A stretch of 64,000 nucleotides of DNA from Escherichia phage vB_EcoM_Lutter: sequence record NC_054924.1; one strand, 5' to 3'. The notes below the pieces were generated by a model. It saw nothing but the letters and a program-made list of their open reading frames with translations, was not told the DNA's origin and searched no databases. The position numbers were made by a program, and so were the translations under genes. Positions 32,220-43,349 of this stretch are shown one piece after another; the first letter of the stretch is position 1, and each line of letters begins with the position of its first letter.

Positions 32220-33389
32220 TTAAAAATATTTTTTAAAACTCATCATAACTTTATCATCAACATCATTATCAATCTGTGCTACAAGGTAAGATGACAGTTC
32301 TACTTCTTGCGGCGCGGATTGAACATTATCAGAATTAAGGTATTCACGAATCCAAGGATATGGATGTTTAACCGGAGCATCGGTAATTGGGCATGGAAGA
32401 CCGCACTGTTTCATACGAGATACAGTTAAGTAATCAATAAAGCTCCACATGCTATTTGTATTTAATCCAGGAACATCACCATCTTTAAATAAATGAACTG
32501 CCCAATCTTTTTCTTGGCGGTTAACTTCCATGAAAATATCAACTGCTTCTTGTTCACACTCTTGAGCAATTTTAACCCATTCATCGCCATCAGTGCCAAG
32601 TTGAAGTTGACGAATAATATATTGAGTGCCTTTAAGGTGAAGCTGCTCATCACGTGCAATGAACTTCATAATCTTGGCATTACCTTCCATGATTTCCATA
32701 TTCTTGTGGAAGTTAAAGGTACATGCGAAAGATACATAAAAACGAATAGCTTCTAAGGCATTAATAACGTGCAAACAGAGGTAAAGAGATTTCATTAGCT
32801 CTCGTTTGGCGTATTCAACGACTTTACCAAGTTCATCTTTGCGCCAACCTTCAGACAAAATTCCTTCGTATTCTTCTTTAGCGTTTTCCCATTCACGGGT
32901 TTTAACCAAGACATCATCGTAATATCGCCCAATGGACTCAGCACGTTTCATAATAGCTTCATCTAATACAATCTCATCAAACACCTTCGATGGATCAGTA
33001 TAAAGATTTCGCATGATATGTGTATATGAACGGCTGTGAATAGTTTCACTAAAAGTCCACGTAGCAACCCATGTATCAAGGCTTGGGTCTGAAATTAATG
33101 ACATAAGTACAGCAGATGGCGCGCGACCCTGAATGCTATCCAAAAGTGATTGATACTTCAGGTTATTAGTAAAAATATTCTGTTGATACTGAGGAAGTTT
33201 ATTAAATTGTGCAGCATCCATCATCAAGTTTACTTCTTCAGGACGCCAGAAAAATGATAAAGATTTCTCAATAAGTTCTTCAAATACTCTATGCCGTTGA
33301 ATATCATATCGAGCTAAACCCAATCCAGAACCAAAAAACATCGGCTCAGTCAAAATATTAACAGGGGATGTATTAAAAACTGTACTCAT
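32220..33389 (-). CDS. nrdB: Ribonucleotide reductase small subunit (aerobic), uninterrupted
   Basis: 389 aa continuous ORF with no intron. Confidence 0.9.
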   Translation of the reverse strand: MSTVFNTSPVNILTEPMFFGSGLGLARYDIQRHRVFEELIEKSLSFFWRPEEVNLMMDAAQFNKLPQYQQNIFTNNLKYQSLLDSIQGRAPSAVLMSLISDPSLDTWVATWTFSETIHSRSYTHIMRNLYTDPSKVFDEIVLDEAIMKRAESIGRYYDDVLVKTREWENAKEEYEGILSEGWRKDELGKVVEYAKRELMKSLYLCLHVINALEAIRFYVSFACTFNFHKNMEIMEGNAKIMKFIARDEQLHLKGTQYIIRQLQLGTDGDEWVKIAQECEQEAVDIFMEVNRQEKDWAVHLFKDGDVPGLNTNSMWSFIDYLTVSRMKQCGLPCPITDAPVKHPYPWIREYLNSDNVQSAPQEVELSSYLVAQIDNDVDDKVMMSFKKYF

Positions 33390-34027
33390 TTAGAATCCTT
33401 AAATTTACATTTATCATAATGCCATCTTAGAGCATTGCCTTTATTAACCTTCTTGCCACAATGCGGACAAGGCGGATACTCTATACTTTGCTTAGTTCTC
33501 AAAGAAATCAAATCACGAGTTTCTTTAGTATGAGGAACATCTCTTGTTGGAGAGATTGTACCATACATCGGATTAAGCACGCCGACTTTAGCAGCAGCTA
33601 TATTCTTTTTAGCTTCTTCGGTTTTAGGTTTTCTCATGCGAGCTAAATGCTCTTTGGTAAATTTCCTTCCTTTAAGAGCTCTACTTATCTTTTCCCTGGT
33701 TTCTATAGAAACTTCACGTCCTATAGCAGCTTCAGATAAACGTCGTCTACCTAATTCGTATAGTTGAGAAGAAATTTTATATGAGCGATTTTTACCAGTC
33801 AAGCACATTAAACCAAAAGCTTTCTTTAATCCTGGGGTGTCATATATTTTGCATAAAAGCCAATGAGCTATAAAATGCTCTCTACCTGTTAATTCAACTA
33901 AATTTTCTTTATCATCAGAACCTCCCATACATCTAGGGATTATATGATGAGTCTCTTTATATTCAGATAAAGGTTCCCGAGCCTGAGCTCGGGAAATTAG
34001 GTCATTATAGATTTTTTGATAATTCAT
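33386..34027 (-). CDS. mobE: HNH homing endonuclease MobE
   Basis: 213 aa; HNH-type His and Cys pairs (HHIIPRCMGG...H) and a C-terminal zinc-ribbon-like CPHCGK; sits between nrdA and nrdB. Confidence 0.85.
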   Translation of the reverse strand: MNYQKIYNDLISRAQAREPLSEYKETHHIIPRCMGGSDDKENLVELTGREHFIAHWLLCKIYDTPGLKKAFGLMCLTGKNRSYKISSQLYELGRRRLSEAAIGREVSIETREKISRALKGRKFTKEHLARMRKPKTEEAKKNIAAAKVGVLNPMYGTISPTRDVPHTKETRDLISLRTKQSIEYPPCPHCGKKVNKGNALRWHYDKCKFKDSK

Positions 34028-36291
34028 TACAATTTACACGCTGCGCAATCATCGGCTTTTGGAGTTTCTATTTCATAATCATCAGTACCAGAACCATCGC
34101 GGGTATTATGATAATAGAAATTTTTTCCGCCAAAATACCAAAAATACAAAAGGTCATCAATCATTATTGACATTGGAACCTTTCCTTTTGGAAAAATCTG
34201 TGGGTCATAATATGTATTCGCCGAAGCTGATTGACAAACCCATTTCAGCATAATAGCTACCTGCGTAAGATAAGGTTTATTACCTTTCTTAGCTAATTTC
34301 CATGTATAATCATAGAGGTCTATGTTATGCTCAATATTGGGCACGACTTGATTAAAGGAGCCCTCTTTTGATTCTTTAACAGAGACTGGTCCACGTGGAG
34401 GCTCGATACCGTTTGTACTGTTAGAAACTTGGGAAGATGACTCACATGGCATAAGTGCTGATAATGTGCTATTACGGATGCCAAAGAGCTTAAGGTCTTC
34501 CCGCAGCGACGACCAGTCACAAACGTATTTTGGAGCTGCGATTTGGTCAATCTTTTTATTGTACCAGTCGATAGGTAATTCGCCTCGAGACCAACGAGTG
34601 TCTGAATAATATTCGCAAGGTCCTTTTTCTTTGGCGAGCTTAATGGATGCTTTAATGAGTCCATACTGTAATCTCTCAAATAGTTCATGTGTTAAATCGT
34701 TAGCATCTTCATAAGAAGCAAAGTTACTTGCCAGCCAAGCTGCATAGTTAGTAACACCTACACCAAGGTTTCGACGCTTTTTAGCTTTTTCTGCTTCAGG
34801 AACTGGATATCCTTGGTAATCCAAAAGATTATCAAGAGCACGAACTTGAACTTCTGCCAATTCATTAATTTTATCTTGGTCTTGCCAGTCAAAATTATCC
34901 AGTACGAATGCAGAGAGAGTACACAATCCAATTTCAGCATCAGGACTATTCACATCATTTGTTGGAATAGCAATTTCACAGCACAAGTTACTCTGACGAA
35001 TAGGTGCCTTTTCACGAATAAACGGAGTATAGTTATTCGTATTATCAATGAACTGCACATAAATCCTTGCTGTTCCTGAACGTTCAGTCATGAGCAATTC
35101 AAATAGTTCACGGGCTTTAATACGCTTTTTACGAATATTAGGGTCTTTTTCTGCTGCTTCGTATAATTCACGGAAACGGTCTTGGTCTTTAAAATAAGAA
35201 TAATAAAGCTCGCCACCCATTTCATGCGGACTGAACAAAGTAATGTAATCGTTCTTTCCGAATCGTTCCATCATCAAATCATTCAGCTGAACACCATAAT
35301 CCATATGACGAATGCGGTTTTCTTCTACGCCTTTGTTATTTTTCAAAACGAGAAGATTTTCAACTTCCAAATGCCAAATAGGATAATAAGCAGTAGCAGC
35401 GCCGCCACGAATTCCACCCTGTGAACATGATTTAACTGCAGTCTGAAAATGTTTCCAAAAAGGAATAACACCAGTATGGCGTACTTCACCCATGCCAATC
35501 TTAGAACCTTCAGCACGAATCATACCTACGTTAATTCCAATTCCAGCGCGTTTAGAAATATATTCAACAATTGAAGCAGAAGCTTTATTAATTGACTTCA
35601 ATGAATCACCAGCTTCAATAACAACGCATGAACTAAACTGTCGAGTCGGAGTACGGCAACCAGCCATAATAGGAGTTGGCAATGAAATCTGTCGAGTAGA
35701 TACTGCTTCATAAAAACGAATAACATGTTTTAATCTATCAACAGGTTCATCTTGATGCAATGCCATTCCAATAGTCATAAATGCAAACTGTGGAGTTTCA
35801 TAAATTTGACCAGTGGTTTTATCTTTAACTAGATATTTTTCTTTTAATTGCATCGCCCCGGAATAAGTAAATTCCATATCCCGCTCGTGCTTAATTTTTG
35901 ATTCTAAAAATGTAATTTCTTCTGCTGAATATTTTGACAATAATTCAGGGTCGTATTTACCTTCATTTACACAGTAAGAAATATGGTCAATAAATGAACG
36001 TGGTTCATACTGTCCATAAACATGCTTACGAAGAGCAAACATTAAACAACGTGCAGCTACATATTGATAATCAGGCTCTTCAACCGAAATAGAATTCGCA
36101 GCAGCCTTAATGACAATAGTCTGAATATCATTAGTTGTCATTCCATCACGGAGATAAGATTTAATATTTTCATATAATTCATAAGGATCTACTGATGTTC
36201 CTTCAGCTGCCCAAGATAAAACTTTAATAATTTTTTGTGGGTCAAAGCTCTGAGAAACACCACTACTTTTGATAACATTAATTAATTGCAT
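34027..36291 (-). CDS. nrdA: Ribonucleotide reductase large subunit (aerobic)
   Basis: 754 aa; class I RNR alpha. Confidence 0.95.
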   Translation of the reverse strand: MQLINVIKSSGVSQSFDPQKIIKVLSWAAEGTSVDPYELYENIKSYLRDGMTTNDIQTIVIKAAANSISVEEPDYQYVAARCLMFALRKHVYGQYEPRSFIDHISYCVNEGKYDPELLSKYSAEEITFLESKIKHERDMEFTYSGAMQLKEKYLVKDKTTGQIYETPQFAFMTIGMALHQDEPVDRLKHVIRFYEAVSTRQISLPTPIMAGCRTPTRQFSSCVVIEAGDSLKSINKASASIVEYISKRAGIGINVGMIRAEGSKIGMGEVRHTGVIPFWKHFQTAVKSCSQGGIRGGAATAYYPIWHLEVENLLVLKNNKGVEENRIRHMDYGVQLNDLMMERFGKNDYITLFSPHEMGGELYYSYFKDQDRFRELYEAAEKDPNIRKKRIKARELFELLMTERSGTARIYVQFIDNTNNYTPFIREKAPIRQSNLCCEIAIPTNDVNSPDAEIGLCTLSAFVLDNFDWQDQDKINELAEVQVRALDNLLDYQGYPVPEAEKAKKRRNLGVGVTNYAAWLASNFASYEDANDLTHELFERLQYGLIKASIKLAKEKGPCEYYSDTRWSRGELPIDWYNKKIDQIAAPKYVCDWSSLREDLKLFGIRNSTLSALMPCESSSQVSNSTNGIEPPRGPVSVKESKEGSFNQVVPNIEHNIDLYDYTWKLAKKGNKPYLTQVAIMLKWVCQSASANTYYDPQIFPKGKVPMSIMIDDLLYFWYFGGKNFYYHNTRDGSGTDDYEIETPKADDCAACKL

Positions 36292-36548
36292 AAGTCCTCA
36301 ACTTGAAAATCGTCTTTAAACAATCGGTTAACTATATGAGCTATTATATCACCATGACACGGCTTTGGTTTACATGTGCATCCTAGCCTCATTCCACGTA
36401 AAGGCTCTAAATGTGCTTTAGTTATTTCTCCGGATTTAATTCGACGTATAAAATCTTTTTTTGAATAATTCAATGGCAGCCTCCCGGCTGCCAGCATCTT
36501 TACCGACGTAATTTCCCCAAAATGTACCGCGGTGAATATTAACATCAA
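36282..36548 (-). CDS. Hypothetical protein (nrdA.1-like)
   Basis: 88 aa ORF. Confidence 0.5.
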   Translation of the reverse strand: MMLIFTAVHFGEITSVKMLAAGRLPLNYSKKDFIRRIKSGEITKAHLEPLRGMRLGCTCKPKPCHGDIIAHIVNRLFKDDFQVEDLCN

Positions 36549-36562
36549 AGTCGGATTTGTAT

Positions 36563-36826
36563 TTATTCACTACCCGACATAGACGGCCCGCGCGGTGATA
36601 ATTCGGCATATTGTTTTTCCGTTAATACAGTAATATCGTAGTAACAGTCAGAAGAAGTTTTAACTGTGGAAATTTTATTGTCAAAATATTCACGAGTCAT
36701 TGTATGAGTATAGTATTTTTTACCATAAATGATAATAGGCTGTTCTGGTCCTGGAACTTCTAACTCGCTTGGGTTAGGAAGTGTAAAAAGAACAACGCCA
36801 GAAGTATCTTTAAATCGTAAAATCAT
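36563..36826 (-). CDS. Hypothetical protein (nrdA.2-like)
   Basis: 87 aa ORF. Confidence 0.5.
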   Translation of the reverse strand: MILRFKDTSGVVLFTLPNPSELEVPGPEQPIIIYGKKYYTHTMTREYFDNKISTVKTSSDCYYDITVLTEKQYAELSPRGPSMSGSE

Positions 36827-37134
36827 ATTGCCATTTTCCCTTTAATTGCTGGATGCGATTCATAATTTTCAAGGATAAAATCTTTCGGTTTCATGTATTC
36901 AGTTAACCAGTAAAGCTGTGTTTCGGTGTCACAATTTCCAAACTCTATAGGCCAATCAATTTTAAGTTCACACAGTTCTTTAGGCTCACGACGTAAAATT
37001 TCTTTACATTGCTCAGTATGATTCATATAGATGTGAGTATTACCACCAGAAAATATCAAATCTCCTGGGATAAGATTACACATCTTAGCCACAATATGTG
37101 TCAAGGCAGCGTACGAGGCAATGTTGAACGGTAG
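36823..37134 (-). CDS. td: Thymidylate synthase, exon 2
   Basis: 3' splice site after ...ACATAATG; exon 2 begins CTACCGTTCAAC ([11 protein letters not shown]...). Confidence 0.9.
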   Translation of the reverse strand, partial: LPFNIASYAALTHIVAKMCNLIPGDLIFSGGNTHIYMNHTEQCKEILRREPKELCELKIDWPIEFGNCDTETQLYWLTEYMKPKDFILENYESHPAIKGKMAI

Positions 37135-38150
37135 CATTATGTTCAGATAAGGTCGTTAATCTTACCCCGGAATTATATCCAGCTACATGTCACCATGCAG
37201 AGCAGACTATATCTCCAACTTGTTAAAGCAAGTTGTCTATCGTTTCGAGTCACTTGACCCTACTCCCCAAAGGGATAGTCGTTAGGCATTTATGTAGAAC
37301 CAATTCCATTTATCAGATTTTACACGATAAGTAACTAATCCAGACGAAATTTTAAAATGTCTAGCTGCATCTGCTGCACATTCAAAAATAACCCCATCAC
37401 ATGAAATCTTTTTAATATTACTAGGCTTTTTACCTTTCATCTTTTCTGATATTTTAGATTTAGTTATGTCTGAATGCTTATGATTAAAGAATGAATTATT
37501 TTCACCTGAACGATTTCTGCATTTACTACAAGTATAAGCAGAAGTTTGTATGCGAACACCGCACTTACAAAACTTATGGATTTCTGGATTCCAACGCCCA
37601 TTTTTACTTCCGGGTTTACTGTAAAGAGCTTTCCGACCATCAGGTCCAAGTTTAAGCATCTTAGCTTTAACAGTTTCAGAACGTTTCTTAATAATTTCTT
37701 CTTTTAATGGATGCGTAGAACATGTATCACCAAACGTTGCATCAGCAATATTGTATCCATTAATTTTAGAATTAAGCTCTTTAATCCAAAAATTTTCTCG
37801 TTCAATAATCAAATCTTTCTCATATGGAATTTCTTCCAAAATAGAACATTCAAACACATTACCATGTTTGTTAAAAGACCTCTGAAGTTTTATAGAAGAA
37901 TGGCATCCTTTTTCTAAATCTTTAAAATGCCTCTTCCATCTCTTTTCAAAATCTTTAGCACTTCCTACATATACTTTATTGTTTAAAGTATTTTTAATCT
38001 GATAAATTCCGCTTTTCATAAATACCTCTTTGAATATAGAAGTATTTATTAAAGGGCAGTCCTACAATTTAGCACGGGATTGTCTACTAGAGAGTTTCCC
38101 CGTTTAGATAGATTACAAGTATAAGTCACCTTATACTCAGGCCTCAATTA
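37135..38150 (-). mobile_element. Group I self-splicing intron in td (1016 nt) carrying the I-TevI gene
   Basis: Intron 5' end TAATTGAGGCCTGAGTATAAGGTGACTTATACTTG and 3' end ...CATAATG match the td intron as I recall it; splicing the exons restores a 286-aa thymidylate synthase. Confidence 0.9.
37282..38019 (-). CDS. I-TevI: GIY-YIG homing endonuclease I-TevI (intron-encoded)
   Basis: 245 aa; N-terminal GIY-YIG (GIYQIKNTLNNKVYVGSA); lies wholly within the td intron. Confidence 0.95.
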   Translation of the reverse strand: MKSGIYQIKNTLNNKVYVGSAKDFEKRWKRHFKDLEKGCHSSIKLQRSFNKHGNVFECSILEEIPYEKDLIIERENFWIKELNSKINGYNIADATFGDTCSTHPLKEEIIKKRSETVKAKMLKLGPDGRKALYSKPGSKNGRWNPEIHKFCKCGVRIQTSAYTCSKCRNRSGENNSFFNHKHSDITKSKISEKMKGKKPSNIKKISCDGVIFECAADAARHFKISSGLVTYRVKSDKWNWFYINA

Positions 38151-38699
38151 ACCCAAGAAAACATCTACCGAACGTTGATACCACTGCAAATCCAAATAAC
38201 CATTACGCACATTAAACTGATAGAACATATGACAGGGCGGTAATGCCATTTGATTGATTTCAGCTGGATTCCATGCTGAAACGATTTGACGTCGATCAGT
38301 TGGTAATTTTTTAATACGATCAATAGTTTCAACTAATTGATCCACACCACCGAAATCACGCCATTGTTTACCGTATATAGGACCAAGTTCACCACTATGA
38401 TATCCTAGGTCTTTAGCTTGGTTTTCATAATTGTCATCCCAGATAGTTTTACCTTGAATAAGACTACCGTGAGTAAGAAGACGTAAATCATTAACATTGG
38501 TAGAACCGGAAATAAACCATAGAAGCTCAGCAATGCATGCATTCCAGGCGAGCTTCTTAGTTGTTACTGCAGGAAAACCTTTAGTTAAATCCCATCGTAA
38601 TTTAGTACCGAACAAAGCAATTGTTCCTGTGCCCGTTCGGTCATCGGTTTCATAGCCATTTTCAAAAATGTCTTTAATTAAATCTTGGTATTGTTTCAT
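38151..38699 (-). CDS. td: Thymidylate synthase, exon 1
   Basis: 183 codons ending ...VDVFLG; the in-frame stop TAA is provided by the first intron nucleotides. Confidence 0.9.
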
Positions 38700-38744
38700 T
38701 TAGTACCTTATATAAATTATAATACATTTTATGAAGCTGAATAA

Positions 38745-39092
38745 TCAATACGGTTTAGCATCAAATTTTCTCTCAATTTCAGGTGTGAAATATAATTCTT
38801 TACCGCGTTTGGAAAAGCGACCAATAATATGATAATTATTCTCATCAAACGTGATATTACCAATATCCATAGCTTTCAACCAAATATCGATATTTCTATC
38901 CAGCTTTATGTCAAAATTCCAATACGGAGAACTATTACCGAAAATACTACAAGCGGATTCAGTGAAACAGCTACTATAAATCTTGTCTTTAGGAACTACT
39001 AATTGATAGACACCTTTAATAAACTGAGGACCTTGCCATTTTGGCTGTTTCTCGTCTTTTTCTAATAGAATAGGGTAATAATTAAAATTCAT
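38745..39092 (-). CDS. Hypothetical 115-aa protein inserted between frd and td
   Basis: ORF with an ATG start in the frd-td spacer; no motif recognised. Confidence 0.5.
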   Translation of the reverse strand: MNFNYYPILLEKDEKQPKWQGPQFIKGVYQLVVPKDKIYSSCFTESACSIFGNSSPYWNFDIKLDRNIDIWLKAMDIGNITFDENNYHIIGRFSKRGKELYFTPEIERKFDAKPY

Positions 39093-39111
39093 ATTTCCGC
39101 CACGCGTTATT

Positions 39112-39932
<821 letters not shown>

Positions 39933-39941
39933 TATATTTCC

Positions 39942-40184
39942 TCAAACAGACTTTTTCACAATTTTCCAATCAGCTTTAAACTGTTCAACGTCAGAATGGT
40001 AAATCCAGAATCCTGCGCTTTCTCCGTCTTCATAAAGCGGACACCCATCACATTCATCTTCCCATCCCATATTACGCAAAAGATGTTCAGCTTTTTCAAC
40101 AAGTTCAGAATCTTTACCGATGATATTAAAATACCATTTACCTTTAACTTCCGAATCTTTGATGCTCTGACGTTGTAATCTCAT
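39942..40184 (-). CDS. Hypothetical protein (frd.2-like)
   Basis: 80 aa ORF. Confidence 0.5.
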   Translation of the reverse strand: MRLQRQSIKDSEVKGKWYFNIIGKDSELVEKAEHLLRNMGWEDECDGCPLYEDGESAGFWIYHSDVEQFKADWKIVKKSV

Positions 40185-40322
40185 TTTATTCTCCTTAGCA
40201 AGCTTTAATCAAAAGATATAAACAGACCAACATAACTGCTGCCATAATATAAGGTGCGAACATTTTCTTTTCTCCATTAGTTTTGATAGGGTAATAGTAT
40301 CACACTACTACCCTTCTGTAAA

Positions 40323-40685
40323 CTACTTTTTGAAAGTTTTTCGCAAAAGTTCAATGATTTCATCTACATTGTTTTCGTCTACAATGCAGTGAATTTTTGT
40401 TACGCCAGAAACCTTGTCTTCTATTTCATCTTCAGAAGTCGGTTCTTTATACTCACGAAAACAATGAAATTCATCTTCGCAGACGTTGAAGTAAAAATGC
40501 TTTCCATTGGCGCATTCTACGTGTTTTACTACTTTAAATCCATCAGCAAAGAAAACTTCTTTAACTTCAAACCATCCGCCATTTTCTTGAATAGCTTTAA
40601 CTATTAATGAATTAGAACGCGGGCGATAATTAATAAATGTATCAATAAGTCTTGGAACAAGTTCGTACTTTTTATCAATATACAT
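40323..40685 (-). CDS. Hypothetical protein
   Basis: 120 aa ORF. Confidence 0.5.
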   Translation of the reverse strand: MYIDKKYELVPRLIDTFINYRPRSNSLIVKAIQENGGWFEVKEVFFADGFKVVKHVECANGKHFYFNVCEDEFHCFREYKEPTSEDEIEDKVSGVTKIHCIVDENNVDEIIELLRKTFKK

Positions 40686-40729
40686 TATGTTTTCCTCATT
40701 TTAATAGGGGCTTGATAGCCCCTCGATAA

Positions 40730-40981
40730 TTACTGTTCAATCAATCCCATGTAAAATTCTGCATCTTCAGCATCCATACCATCACAGTATTCATTAGCCA
40801 TAAATCGTTCAAGAACTTCTAAAGGACCTTCAATAACAATAGAAAAATTGCAATAATTGGGATCATCATGAATACTTGTGATACTAAGTTCAGGATAACG
40901 ATTACGAATAATTTCTTCAATATATTCAAAATCAACGATGTCAATATCAACTTTAGCCATATTGTTTTCCTCTTTAATCAT
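40730..40981 (-). CDS. Hypothetical acidic protein
   Basis: 83 aa ORF with GAGG RBS and an early promoter upstream. Confidence 0.5.
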   Translation of the reverse strand: MIKEENNMAKVDIDIVDFEYIEEIIRNRYPELSITSIHDDPNYCNFSIVIEGPLEVLERFMANEYCDGMDAEDAEFYMGLIEQ

Positions 40982-41003
40982 CAGCAGTATTGCCGATAGT
41001 TGT

Positions 41004-41033
41004 ATAGTACCATAAAGCTTTATGCTTGTAAAC
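41004..41033 (-). promoter_or_regulatory. Early promoter of the conserved family (GTTTAC ... TACTATACAACTATC)
   Basis: Shares extended identity with the promoters at 58287, 61427 and 61933. Confidence 0.6.
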
Positions 41034-41050
41034 CGTTTTGTGAAAAAATT

Positions 41051-41083
41051 TTTGAAATAAAAAAGGGGACCTCTAGGGTCCCC
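41051..41083 (-). terminator. Rho-independent terminator after gene 32
   Basis: ggggacctctagggtcccc hairpin followed on the minus strand by TTTTTTATTTCA. Confidence 0.7.
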
Positions 41084-41105
41084 AATTAATTAGTAATATA
41101 ATCTA

Positions 41106-42014
41106 TTAAAGGTCATTCAAAAGGTCATCCAGGTCCGTGTCATCAGCACTAGATGAACTGCCAGAGCTTGAGCTCATAAAATCATCTTCAGTTTTTGTAT
41201 TGAAGTCATCAACATTGAATGCATCCAAATCATCAGCAACTTTATCAGCTTTCTTAGCAGCAGTTGCTGCGGCACCACCCATAGCAGCAGTTCCCATAAC
41301 TTGACTGAACTTAGTGCTCAGTTCTTCAAACGATTTGAATTTATCTTTAGAAGTCATTTCAGAAAGGTCAACCATTTGTTCGAACAGTTCTTTCTGGAAA
41401 GATTCATCATCAATGTTTGGAATCGCAGATTGATTCAGGAATTTAGATTCGTCGTAGTTACTAAAACCAGAAACTTGTTTAACTTTCAGTACAAAGTTAG
41501 CACCTTCCCACGGACAAGTTACATCAACCGGAGTTTCACCCATTTCAACATCAACTGCAATCATTGCATTGATTTTATCCCAGATTTTCTTACCGAAGCG
41601 GTATTTAAATACTTTACCTTCATTTTCTGGAGCAGCTGGGTCTTTTACAACAAGAATGTTAGCCCAGTAAGAAGTTTTGCGTTTAACAAGACTGTACTCT
41701 TTATTGTCAGTGTTGTACAAATCATTTTTACTGATGTACTGACATACTGGACAAGAATCGTAATCACCGTGGGTAGATGAACACGTTTCAATATACCATT
41801 TGCCATTTTTCTTGAAACCGTGATTTACAAGAATTGCAAATGGTGCTTGTTCATCATTTTTAGACGGAAGAAAACGAATTACTGCTTGACCGTTACCCGC
41901 ATTGTCGAGTTTCAGTTTCCACTCGCCTTTATCTTCAGAAGAAAAACCACCTTTATTTCCAGCCAGTTTAGCCATTTGTGCAGCGAGTTCAGCAGTAGAT
42001 TTACGTTTAAACAT
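41106..42014 (-). CDS. 32: Single-stranded DNA-binding protein gp32
   Basis: 302 aa; acidic Ser/Asp-rich C-terminal tail; N-terminus [17 protein letters not shown]. Confidence 0.95.
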
Positions 42015-42113
42015 TTTTATTTCCTTTTTAATTTAATTAACAGTTGGTGCTATGACGATGTATGACCTCATAGCTGGTCAGTGAGATAATTATAATCTAT
42101 TTATAATAAGCAA

Positions 42114-42767
42114 TTAATACTTGCAAGATTTCACAGTTTCAATAAAAACATTTTTAGCTTTCTGTGAATCAATATTTAAAATTTTTCTATAAGCCTTTAA
42201 CTTTATAGAATAATTATTCCAGACTAAATTATCAGTCTGTTCATCATGTTTATCAATTATATTTAAAAACGAATCAAGCAAGATAAACGTTTCAAACGAA
42301 ATTATATTCGACTGAAGCAGTTTAAAAATATAACTTGATTGAACCTTTGGATTATATTCAAAGATTTCTTTAAAAGCAGAAACTTCAACTTTTTTACTAA
42401 AATAATAAATGTTGCGAATATCTTCTTCAAACTTAAATTTAATTTGCTTTAAGCGTCCGATATATTCACGATAAAACACAAGTGCATCAGCGTCAGAGAT
42501 GTCACCAATCCAAGCATCTTGGTTAGCAACAAGATTGCTTATAAAGATTAAAGCAAGTTCCTTTAATTTATATTTTTCTGATAACTTCTGGAAAAAATAC
42601 TTATCCCTTCGCTTTTGATAAGCGGCATCAGACACCCGCATGCACCAATTATACTTAATTACATCATACTTTCCATTCATATGTTGTTTTATCATTAAGT
42701 ATAATTTATAAACTGATTTACCATCAATATATCTTTCACCACCAGCAGGCATGCGGAGTTTAATCAT
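42114..42767 (-). CDS. 59: Helicase loader gp59
   Basis: 217 aa; position between 33 and 32. Confidence 0.85.
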   Translation of the reverse strand: MIKLRMPAGGERYIDGKSVYKLYLMIKQHMNGKYDVIKYNWCMRVSDAAYQKRRDKYFFQKLSEKYKLKELALIFISNLVANQDAWIGDISDADALVFYREYIGRLKQIKFKFEEDIRNIYYFSKKVEVSAFKEIFEYNPKVQSSYIFKLLQSNIISFETFILLDSFLNIIDKHDEQTDNLVWNNYSIKLKAYRKILNIDSQKAKNVFIETVKSCKY

Positions 42768-43102
42768 AATAGAAAATCTAATGTATTAGTTTTTTCACAA
42801 CGAACAACAGAAGGACGTAAAAGATTTTCGTCAATAGCTTCTGACTGAATTTTTTCAATTATACCCGAAGGAATAAATTTAGCAAATTGAGTTTCAGGAA
42901 TAGAATTTTCTTCCAAGAATGCTGTTGTAGCTTCAAGATAACTCATTCCAAACTCTTCTACCATTTTTTCAATAATAAATCCATTTTCTTGGCGGTCAAG
43001 AAGCTTTGCAATTTCATCCTTTTCTTTCTTAATTGAGAGTTCTTTTTCTGAAAGACCGGTCTCATCGACCGGGCGAATATCATTTAGAGAAAACTGTGTC
43101 AT
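42764..43102 (-). CDS. 33: Late transcription co-activator gp33
   Basis: 112 aa from the internal Met; synteny. Confidence 0.75.
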   Translation of the reverse strand: MTQFSLNDIRPVDETGLSEKELSIKKEKDEIAKLLDRQENGFIIEKMVEEFGMSYLEATTAFLEENSIPETQFAKFIPSGIIEKIQSEAIDENLLRPSVVRCEKTNTLDFLL

Positions 43103-43349
43103 AAAGTTCAACTACCTCTTCAGTTTCAGCTTCAAACACATCACGATTATCTTTATGATACAAAGCTAATAGACGATTAAACATCTTACCATCAACGCCA
43201 AGTTCATCTTTGGCACGAATTCGAATATCTTTAATCAATTCATTATAACCAGAAATTTTCAGTTTATGATCAGATGCTTCTTTAATAAATTTAGCCAAGT
43301 CTTCGCCGTGGATAGCTTCATCAAATTCAACCATTTCTTTTTTAGCCAT
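43080..43349 (-). CDS. dsbA: Double-stranded DNA-binding protein DsbA
   Basis: 89 aa; synteny. Confidence 0.75.
   Translation of the reverse strand: MAKKEMVEFDEAIHGEDLAKFIKEASDHKLKISGYNELIKDIRIRAKDELGVDGKMFNRLLALYHKDNRDVFEAETEEVVELYDTVFSK

Noticed and set aside
32220-33389. Expected nrdB group I intron with I-TevIII
   Set aside because: It was looked for because T4 has one, but the ORF is continuous and full length with no inserted sequence.
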